The translations under genes were made by a program, and so were the position numbers. A DNA stretch of 64,000 bases. It comes from Podarcis erhardii (taxonomy: Eukaryota). Below, one piece after another: positions 1 through 9,887 of this stretch (positions are counted from its first letter, which is position 1; each line of letters starts with the position of its first letter). The notes under the pieces were generated by a model. The model ran no database searches. It was not told the origin of the DNA and saw only the letters and a program-made list of their open reading frames with translations. The stretch lies in the NCBI GenBank assembly GCA_964252035.1, contig OZ176202.1; one strand, given 5' to 3'.

Positions 1-1082
1 GTGGAAAACCACGGGGCTCTCCGGGCTTCATGCAATCGGAGAGGGCGCTTCGGAGCCAAACAGTCAATAGCCCTGGTTAACTCCACATTCCAGCGGGCCA
101 CCAGGGAATCGGCTGAATGGCCATCAACATGGGATAAAGCATCCCCAACCACTCTCTGGAAACCATTTGGATCCATTAAGTGGCGGGGGCGGACCATCCG
201 AATCGGTCCCACCTCCCTGCAGAGGGGATGGGTCGCGGAGAAGTCCAGTTGCACCAGGAAGTGATCTGACCATGGCACTTCTTTCGTTTCGCTTTTACTT
301 AGTGTCAGATCACCAACATCCGTAGAGGTAAACACCAGGTCCAAGGCATGTCCGCGGCTATGGGTTGGGCCAGACTTATTCAGGGACAGCCCCATGGAGG
401 CCATGCTTTCCACGAAGTCCCGAGCGGCCCCTTGTAAGGTCGTGTCGGCATGGATGTTAAAATCCCCTAGGACGACCAAGCTAGGTGTCTCCAGGAGAAC
501 ATCCGCCACGACCTGAAGCAGCTCGGGCAGGGAATCCTTGGTGCAGCGGGGAGGTCGGTACACCAAAAGGAATCCTGTACTGCCCCTATTGCCCAACTTC
601 CAGAACATGCACTCAGAAAACTGGGTCTTCCCAATAGGACGCCTGGTGCAAACTAATGACTTCCTAAAAATCACTGCAACCCCCCCTCCCCGCCCACATG
701 ACCTGGGTTGCTGTGCGTAAGAGAAACCTGGTGGACAAGCAGTGGCAAGGACAGGCCCATCTGCTTCATCCAACCAAGTCTCTGTTACACATGCCAGGTC
801 AAGTCCTCCATCCATGATCAAGTCATGGATGGCAGTGGTCTTATGAATCATTGACCTGGCATTGCACAGCAACACTTTCAGGTCATGTGGGTATCCCTTG
901 CTGATTCTAGTATTCATCCGGTCAGGACCAGACCCAGAGGCAGGGATAGTCCTCAGACAACGACTAAACCTGCCTCCTCTGTAATGACATGGTCTGGTCT
1001 TAGCGTAACTCCTCCTCCTACCCGTGATCACTGAGATCGGTTGTCCCAGTGCATTCCCCCCTGTGAAGCATATCCCAGCCAT
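1..1082 (-). mobile_element. Young L2-clade LINE, 5' part of ORF2 (APE endonuclease), open for 360 codons and running off the left edge; antisense in the last GRM1 intron
   Basis: Manual translation from ATG 1082-1080 gives MAGICFTGG...LKVLLCNARS...LACVTETWL...GRGGGVAVIF...LLVYRPP...LVVLGDFNIH...THSRGHALDLVF...PWSDH...APWFS with no stop; these are LINE endonuclease motifs. It is absent from the ORF track because it has no stop inside the window. Confidence 0.9.
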
Positions 1083-1373
1083 TTTATGGGCTGGGGCCCA
1101 TTCCCCGGCAGCCCTGACCCCTCCCCTTAAGAACGAAATAACCCCTTTAAGAAACAAACAAACAAAAAAAAAACACACAAATAAGACAATATAAACAAAA
1201 AACAATAGAAATTACAAAAATTACAAAAACATAAAATCAAACAAATTCCCAGGCCCAATAAACATCCACCGCACCCCCCCCCCATACAAAAAATTCAAAA
1301 TAAAAATTTTAAAACATTTTAAAAGCACTCTGCACCCCTCCGGCAGTAACAGCAACTGTTCCAGTGAGGCCCG

Positions 1374-1561
1374 TCAGGCCCTGCCCCAGGCCAGATGGTG
1401 AATGGCAGGAAGGAGCAGGGCCCTCAGACACTCACATGCAGGAGAGTCCTCCCGGGCAGCAGAGTCCAGCAGTCCTTTATGAGGCTTCAGGCCCCGCCCC
1501 AGGCCAGATGGTGAGTGGCAGGAAGGAGCAGGGCCCTCAGACACTCACATGCAGGAGAGTC
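1374..1561. repeat. Two near-identical 75-bp direct repeats (1374-1448 and 1487-1561)
   Basis: TCAGGCCC(T/C)GCCCCAGGCCAGATGGTGA(A/G)TGGCAGGAAGG...GCAGGAGAGTC occurs twice with 2 mismatches, period 113 bp. Confidence 0.9.
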
Positions 1562-1837
1562 ACATAGGATGTCACATAGAGGAGGGAGAAAGGTTGTTTT
1601 CTGCTGCTCCAGAGAAGTGGACAAGGAGCAATGGATCCGAACAGTAAATGCTTGAATTCAGCATCTTTCTGGAATCCGGTGAGTTTGATGGGGAGCATGC
1701 TTTTCTCCTCATTATGCTCTATCTGCTTTTTGTTCACTTTCTTTAAGGAGCTGGATTCCTGAGTTACATAAAAGCTGCCAAATGACCCAAGAGAGGTTGA
1801 GGTAGCTGAGGAGGAGAGATATAAAGAGGCCTCCTAC

Positions 1838-2360
1838 ATCCAAAATGACTCCCAGGCTGCACACCTGGTCCTTCAGGGGCACAATAACTCCATTCAGGAC
1901 TAGGGAGTCCCCCACACCCACCCGCCCCCTGTCCCCCCAAAACAGTACTTTTGTCTTGTCAGGATTCAACCTCAATCCATCAGCCACCATCCATCCTCCA
2001 ATCGCCTCCAGACACTCACACACCTTCACTGGTTCTGATTTAAAAGAGAGGTAGAGCTGGATATCATCCACTTACTGGTGAACACCCAGCCCAAACCCCC
2101 TGATGATCTCTCCCAGCAGTTTCATATAGATTTTAAAAAGCATGGGGGAGAGGACGGAACCCTGAGGCACCCCACAAGTCAGAGCCCAGGGGTCTGAACA
2201 CTCATCCCCCAACACCACTTTCTGGACACAGACCAGGAGGAAGAAGAGGAACCACTGGTATAACAGTGCCCCCAGCTCCCAGCCCCTCTAGACAGTCCAG
2301 AAGAATGTCATGGTCACAGGTATCAAAGGCCGCTGAGAAATCCAGCAGAACTAGGAAACG
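1838..2360 (-). mobile_element. Degenerate L2 reverse-transcriptase fragment
   Basis: Minus strand reads LLDFSAAFDT...GVPQGSVLSP...HQ*VDDIQLYLSF...WM..LRLNPDKT...LGVILD; the YADD motif is destroyed by a stop (TAA GTG GAT GAT). Confidence 0.85.
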
Positions 2361-4069
2361 AGTGTGAGGAAATTAACCAGGAACTATCTTTATGCAGCAA
2401 AGAATGCATTTTATCACTGAGTTCCAATCATCCCCCTTCCTAGTTCTTCCTTAACTCTCCCCAAGCCCTTCCCAAATGGAGAAGTTCTCCATATTTTAGA
2501 GACTCATTACCTGAGAGCAAAATCCTGCCTCACCTCCTTGCTAAGACACAACAGATTGCCTGTGCCACAAATCTCCTTAGCATCCATACCTTTAGGACTC
2601 CCTGTGTCATGATGCCTGAGTCCGGCTTAAAGTTTTGTGTGTCCCTTGCTTTTAAATTGATGTGGTATTGAGTCTCACTGTTTACTGTGCCTTTGTACCC
2701 AATGGTCTCAGTCTTCTGGCTGTTGCCATATTATTAGCACACCCTTGTTTCTAAAATATTTGGGTTTTTCCAGGGCAATTGGTTGTTCCCGCGGCTGACC
2801 TTGCATCCTCCCCCACACTTCTTGAATCTCTTTACGTACTTACTTACACACACACAATTGTATTGTATAGTCATAGGTATCAAATATGTCTGCATTTGTA
2901 TTTTATTACATTTTTTTGTCTTAGTGATTACTGAGGCTGAATTTGTACCATGTGTGTTTGTTCTAAACGTAATTGGCGGAGAGTGACCCCTTCAAACTTC
3001 TGTGTCTCTAATGGGCAAGATGAATAAATGAATCAATGAGAAAATGGGCAAGATGGGCAAGATGAGTGACATCATGTCTGATAGGTAGAATTCCAATCGT
3101 CACATAGTTTGAGCCAATTTTGCCTTGCTGTTTTTATCAATTCCCATATCTATTCAAGTGACACAAATCAGATGCGGGCCAAATGCACACTGTAGATTTT
3201 GCAGACTTGTGCTGGATGGATGTACCAAGGCTACATTTAAATAATAATGCTTTTAATTTGCTATTTGTGCTAGCACATGATAACCAAGTCACTGGAAGCC
3301 TCCATCCCAATAGCCACCATTGAAAAAGCTCTTCTCTATGTGAATAGGCTGCTAAGTCTTCTTCTGAGTTCACTCTAAGGATGCTTCCAGACAGGAGTTT
3401 ATACTGGGTAGTTGGTGCTGTTCATGCACACAATTCTTTTTTGTAGTGCCCACACAATATCCTTGTCAACAGAATGTCAGCCCATACTTTTAAAAAATTT
3501 AGCCTAGATTTCCCATTTCCATGGAAAATCTGATTCATAAAAATAAACCTTAGTGATCTGCATTCACTTATCAGCACATTAATTTAGTCTCGGTCCATGG
3601 TTTGTCACACATTGTGACATTTGGGTGGATGGATTCTAATGCCACCCTCATCCAGCCCATTCTGTTTTCAGTGGCTCAAATGATGCAAGTGTGCCTATTT
3701 CCAGAGATTGCCACATGCTGAGGGCACACCTGAATTTCAGCAAACCAGTTGCTATGAGTTTTTCTCAAAAGATCTCCTAAAAATACACATGGCAATTACC
3801 TCAGAGGTTGTATTCACAGTACATACATCTGTCTTTTTAATTATTATCAACAAAACCAATACAGTGATCTTGTGCAAGATCTCAATATCACTCTTGTACT
3901 AGGCTTTGAGAAGCATCACTCATAAGCAAGTCCTCAGTATTTTTTAAAAAAGTGGAAATGGATATTGCTCACACCCATCCCTCAAATCACAGGTTCCCAT
4001 TTTGTGGCTGGTAATATTTCCTCTTGCACTCATGAGCACTTCCTGGGTTGTTGTTGTTTTAAAAAAAGT

Positions 4070-4099
4070 TGTGTGTGTGTGTGTGTGTGTGTGTGTGCT

Positions 4100-4143
<44 letters not shown>
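4070..4143. repeat. Compound self-complementary microsatellite (TG)n-(CG)n-(CA)n
   Basis: Directly visible; it produces the spurious VCVC/THTH ORFs in the track. Confidence 0.95.
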
Positions 4144-4146
<3 letters not shown>

Positions 4147-6252
4147 TACCACTGCACTTGCCCACCAACAGCATTGGAGGGCTGGAAATGAGTGATTGAG
4201 GGGAATAAGATGGGAAGCCCTCCAGGTACATTTCCTCAATCTTCACCCACTTGTGTGGACAGCTAGCAGCAGAATAACAATGAATATCCATGACTGAAAA
4301 AACAGGAATGTGTGGAAGTTAATGTGCTTTGAACAACCTACTTGCAATAGCAGGCCCCTGTCTGGAAGCACCCCAAGATGGCTGGTATTAAGTCTGCTGA
4401 AAATTCCAACAAAAGCCTTTTAAGTAGAGATCTCCCCCAGTCTGTGTCTGTATTGGAATGGTTTCTAATATGTTTTTTTTTTTTTTTCATTTGTGTGTTT
4501 GCCGCCTCTGGTTCCTTTGGGAGGAAGGTGGGAGCTGGGTTTAATAAATAAAATGAATGGGACCTAAGTCTCACTAGGCTGTTAGTGAGGATAAGAAGAA
4601 AGTAGTTTAGTATATTGTTTGTTTGCAAAAAATGTCTATAACCACTAATGTTAAGGGTGGGGAGACCAAGCTGGTGAACAGCTGTAAATTAAAAACTGAA
4701 ATTATGTGCATAAAACAAGTACAAAAATATCACAAATAAGTACATCAACATAGCTGGTTCACCCCCTCATGGGAAGCCTGGGTGAAACATGAATTTTAAG
4801 CATGGAACCTAAATTCCAGATGCATGCCTGGTATTTGATTTGGGAGTATATTCCAAAGGCTAGTGACACCACACTAAAGGCCATAGTGGACATCAGTAAC
4901 ATACAGCACCTCTAAGAATGCCTCTCCTGAAGATCAAAGTGACCAGGCAGTTAAGGTGTTATTGGGGATAAACTAGTACCAAATTCTTCAAGTTTTTCTA
5001 CTTTTCAGAATGGAGTTAACATTCTAGTATTCCCTTAAAAACTGCCATCATGAGTCACAATTGACGTGAAACTATTTCAATGTCTTAAAGACACAATTAA
5101 AGCTCCCAATGGTAATTACAAACTGTATCATGGAACATGGTAACTGTCCAAAATAGCTAAAAGCATCATTTAAATAAAGGAGAAATCAACTTTTTATTGC
5201 AGGTTCCAGTTCTGACAAAAGATTTTTACCATTTCAAGGGAATAAGCTTGATCATGGACCTCAATATACTTATTATGAGTGAACCAAACACTGATCGTTA
5301 TTTTTAAAGCATGATCGAATAAGTTGGGATTCTGTATACTAGAATTGCCTGAGAAATGTGGCAGAGAAAAAAGCATAATACAAGCTTAGATGGGACCCAG
5401 AAATGCAAAGTGTATGGCACGTGGGAATATAACATTAAATATTTTAATTCTACTGCCATAGATTTAGACATGAGTTCAAATGGCTATGGATTGCATCTTC
5501 CAAAACTTTCAGGTAAAGTGAATCTAACATTGATTAACGGTTCCCTATCACTGCAGAGAACTTTGAAACCAAAATAACTGAAGCCATCCAAGTTGCCTGA
5601 CCAGGGGGCACATTTGGAATTTTGAGAAAGTGCCTTTGTTGCAAGTCACAAAATTGCTGTCATAGGGGTGTGGCAAAACACAAAATGGCTGTCACATCTA
5701 AAACAGCTGAAATACTGGGCCACAAAATGGTGCAGGCATACTCCCTCATCTATTCACAGTGAGGGGAGCACCTACAGTGGCCACCATACTTGCTCAAAGA
5801 GAGATGCCCTTTGCACTTCTTCAATGTTCAGAATGAAAGGGATAGTAAGTGTCCAGTCCTGGCATACAATAAATTGTGGGGATGTTTAAGCAGGTGTGCT
5901 CAGTGTAGGAGAATTTGAGCAGATAGTCTCTTGTATATTGTGGATCTTTGAGGGACTATTTACTGAGTGACACAGAAGGCACAGGCAGGCACATTGGCAC
6001 CTATGGGTGCCTCATTTGTGACCTCTGTTCTACAACATGTTGCCCCCACAACAAGGAATAATTTGATTTCCCTTTTATAAAAAGCAGAAAGTGTTAAATT
6101 TAAAAGTTTTTGCTGTTTCTCAATGTAGTATTTCCCTGTAATTGCTTCGGAGTGGAGGCAATATTACAGAACAGAACTAAGGACAGTTTTGCTATTGCTG
6201 CCTCTCTTTTCCTGAAGCAAACGCAAACCAACCATCTTTGCTTTCTTCATAG

Positions 6253-7144
6253 TTCCAACGGCAAGTCTGTGTCCTGGTCTGAACCAGGTGGGAGAGACGT
6301 TCCCAAGGGACAACATATGTGGCACAGACTCTCAGTGCATGTGAAGGGCAAAGAGCCAGGATGCAATCAGACCGCAGTGATCAAGCCCTTGACTAAAAGC
6401 TATCCAGGCCAAGGCAAGAGCCTGACTTTTTCAGACATCAGCAGTAAGACTCTGTACAATGTGGTGGAGGAAGAGGAGAGTGAGCCAGTGCGCTTTGGCC
6501 AACTAAATAGTCCTTCGATGGTTGTGCATCGACGAATCATGGCGACGCCTCCCCTGCAGGCAACAGCAGAGGAAACCCACCTGTTCTTGTCTGAGCAGAG
6601 TCCCCAAATCCTACCACCTCCACCACCACAGAGATCCGTTATGGAGCAGCTGCAAGGCGTGGTCAACAAATTTGCCACTGGCATCCCGGACTTCAACTCT
6701 GTGATCCCCGCACCTGGTGCCGGGAACGGAGTGAGGCCTATCTATCACCCTCCATTACTGCAGCAGCAGGTGCTGCCACTCCAAATGGGTACATTCAGCA
6801 AAGAGATAGTTTCGTCCCCAGCTGAAGAAGAGGGGCAGGAGGAGGAGGAGGAGGAGGAAGAAGAAGAAGAAAATGAAAAGTTTAAGCTTATCCAAGGGTA
6901 TGTGTATGAGCGGCCGGGGAACCTAGAGGAGGATGAAGATGAGGAAGAGGAGCAGGCAACCAGCAAACTGACTCTAGAAGACTCACCAGCACTGACGCCT
7001 CCATCTCCCTTTCGAGATTCGGTGGCCTCAGGCAGTTCTGTGCCCAGCTCCCCGGTATCTGAATCAGTGCTTTGCACACCTCCCATTGCAACCTATGCCT
7101 CTGTTGTTCTGAGGGATTATAAGCAAACTTCATCAACCCTGTAG
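6253..7144 (+). CDS. GRM1: Metabotropic glutamate receptor 1, last coding exon (long mGlu1a intracellular tail)
   Basis: Acceptor ctttcttcatAG at 6251-6252, then (N)SNGKSVSWSEPGGR...MWHRLSVHVK...NQTAVIKPLTKSY...TPPSPFRDSVASGSSVPSSPVSESVLCTPP...RDYKQTSSTL*. It has the Homer ligand PPSPFR and C-terminal PDZ ligand SSTL, and is syntenic with RAB32/ADGB. Confidence 0.97.
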
Positions 7145-8535
7145 AACAGAGGCTGTGGTGATGAAAGCAAGTGGGCCACGTCTCCTTGGTCAGCTTTGTT
7201 TTGATGGGGCAAAGCAGCACAAGCCGTGAGAGGGCAAGAGAAGGCATACCAACATGGTGTGGTGTATAGGAGGGGGCAGCAGCAACAACGAACAAATGTG
7301 TATCCTGCACTAAATCTATTAGAGGGCTTCAATTCTTTACTTGTTGTGTGTGTGCGTGTGTGCGCGTGCGCGTGTTTTAAAGGGAAAGTATTGTATTGTT
7401 TTCAAAGTATTGTATTCTGAGAAGACAGTAGGCGTTTTGACAAAGCACAAATCCCATCTACGACTTCTATAGCAAAAACAAAATTCAAAGGGGTAATAAG
7501 TACAGTACACAACGTTTCACACACACTGTCACACACTCTCTTGGCAACACTTGAATAGGACTCCGCATAACACAAACCACAGAGGAGACCTTAGCATCCA
7601 TCTCACTGCTGGACATCTTCACTGAATGCGGCAACGTTCCCTTCGAAAGGAAGGAATAAAAGACTTCTCTGCAGACAGCACACCTGGGTATATCTTCTCT
7701 TATGCTTTCTTAAGTGAGTGACCTGGAAATAACAAGTTGTCATGTGAAGTTTGTGTCAGAGAAGCAAAAATAGCATGTGAGCATATAGTTTATAAGGAAT
7801 GTTTAGAACCTCTGATTTAGTATCCCCCCCCCCCCGTGCTGATTTTAAAAAGAGCCAGAATAAACGCAGTGAAGACACGAAAGGGCTGCTGATGAGAACC
7901 AAGGCAGAAATTCCTGTAGTGTTGAGCCTTTGCCCTTTTGTAGATGATTGCAAGCCAGGTGGCTAAACTGTTAACACTACATTTCCTGTAGCAAAACAAT
8001 ATTTACCAACTCAACTTTCATAATCTGATGCATCTGCCATGTGGTTACATTGTTTGTTTGTGTTACTATGGAAACAAGTACATATGAAATAATTATATAT
8101 TTTGAGCAAAAGTTACTACTTTAAAGCAAAAAGCAATTCTTAACCGTGGCTCACTAGATTCATGGTAGAGGCAAGAGAATGAGTGTATGTTGTGTCTTTG
8201 TGTGTGTGCGTGTAACTGTATAGAACATGTGCTGTATAACATCTAATAACTGCCACTGGATGATCGTCCTACAAATATATTATCAATATTTTTATGTTTC
8301 GATCATGTTTTATATTGCATTGTTTAAAAATATACTATAGATCTTTGAAGGTTTGTAAGCTGTGCTGAAACATTTTTAAAAAGCTAAGCCTTCCCTTATA
8401 ATAGGGTGCTTGATTTTGCTGATATTTTTGCCATGTGAAATTATGCTGTTGAAAATAACCAGTGCTCCAATAATTTGTTATTTCATGTATTTTAAACAAA
8501 TGTATTTAATAAAGGAAGCATCTCTTTTAGAAATC
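7145..8535 (+). other. GRM1: GRM1 3' UTR (extent uncertain)
   Basis: Follows the stop codon; AT-rich and free of obvious TEs; AATAAA candidates at 7655, 7859 and 8508. The true end cannot be fixed from sequence. Confidence 0.55.
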
Positions 8536-9617
8536 TTGCACACACCAGAATTAAAAACAACAACTGTAAAGGCAAATTTGGAAAAAGTATTCAGACCATT
8601 TCTCGTTATGGATAACCATAACGTTATGGTCTTTCAGACCATACCTGTGGCAAAGAAATTTCTATGGTGCTTGAATCTGTCTACCATTGTTGTTATTCCT
8701 CTCATGCTGGTTGTTTTTTTTTTTCCCTTTCCCCCAGTTTCCGGATTTTGTGTAGGTTTCTTTTCTAATAATCAAAATCATTGTCAATGATTATCATGCT
8801 GTTTTAACAACCTTTTTCTATTACATTTCTTTTCATATAAGGGATTGAAGGAAATATGTAACAGAATTGAATTTGGAGAATGTGTAACTGAAAAACGTTG
8901 TATGCAATGGCTGCTATGATTTAGCTAAAAATGCTTTGGCATGGACAAGTGAAAGCATCCAGTTTTTAAATGATCCTACCAGTTGCAGCCTTCTGCACCA
9001 TATCCCATTCTGTTGCTGTTGGATCTCCTACTCCTAAAACCAGCATTTCAGGCTGGGCTTAAATGGGCAGTGGGCACTGGAAACAAGCAAATATCTCCAG
9101 GGTGTATGAGTTCACTCCACTAAGACACAGATACCCACAGAGTTGTATCCAAAGATACACAAGTGTAAGGGACTTTACTGCTCTCTCTTCCTCACATCAG
9201 CCCCATGAGCCCCCTAAAAACCGCTCCTGACCCGAGATCAGGCAAAGCTCCAGAACAGCATAGGATGTGAGCCAGATCCTACAGTGGGTAAGCATGGGCA
9301 AATCTGTCAACTTCGTTTTATTTCAGTTTCTATGGGTTTTTTCCCTGATCTTAAATTCAATCCTTCACATTTACACATCAGTTTGTGGGGGTTTTTCAGT
9401 CATCGTGAAAGTTTGGAATATACATTTTTATATGCAATTTTGCCTAATGTGAATATTGCAAGGATTTTTTCCCCAACAATCGTACATCACAAATATATGC
9501 ATTTTATGCACACTTTCCCATAATTTATGCATTTTTGTATGTTTGGTTAGAGAGCTGCCTCACAAAATTTGGAGGAGTGTAAATTTCAAAGAATAGGAGA
9601 ATAGCAGCATTTGCCCT

Positions 9618-9834
9618 TGATTCAGGTAGGTAACCGTGTTGGTCTGACATAGACAAAATGAATAAAAACTAAATAAAAAAATTGTCCAGTAGCACCTTAG
9701 AGACCAAATAAGTTAGTTCTGGGTATAAGCTTTCATGTGCATGTTCTGAAGAAGTGTGCATGCACACGAAAGCTTATACACAGAACTAACTTAGTTGGTC
9801 TCTAAGGTGCTCTATCTCTCTTTATATAACATAT

Positions 9835-9885
<51 letters not shown>
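9618..9885. mobile_element. Penelope-like retroelement terminal fragment with internal inversion and (TA)n tail, flanked by a 12-bp TSD
   Basis: AGCATTTGCCCT is repeated at 9606-9617 and 9886-9897. It has the reptile Penelope terminal sequence (GTAGCACCTTAGAGACCAA...CTGAAGAAGTGTGCATGCACACGAAAGCT) and 53-bp inverted arms at 9691-9743 and 9759-9811 (3 mismatches). Confidence 0.8.

Positions 9886-9887
<2 letters not shown>

Noticed and set aside
3944-4291. Four overlapping ORFs with VCVC/THTH runs (likewise ICIC at 41800-42108 and VCVC at 43696-43911)
   Set aside because: They are translations of microsatellites, not genes.
6110-6252. N-terminal 48 codons of the 344-aa ORF
   Set aside because: They lie upstream of the splice acceptor at 6251-6252 and have no GRM1 similarity; this is an intronic open frame.
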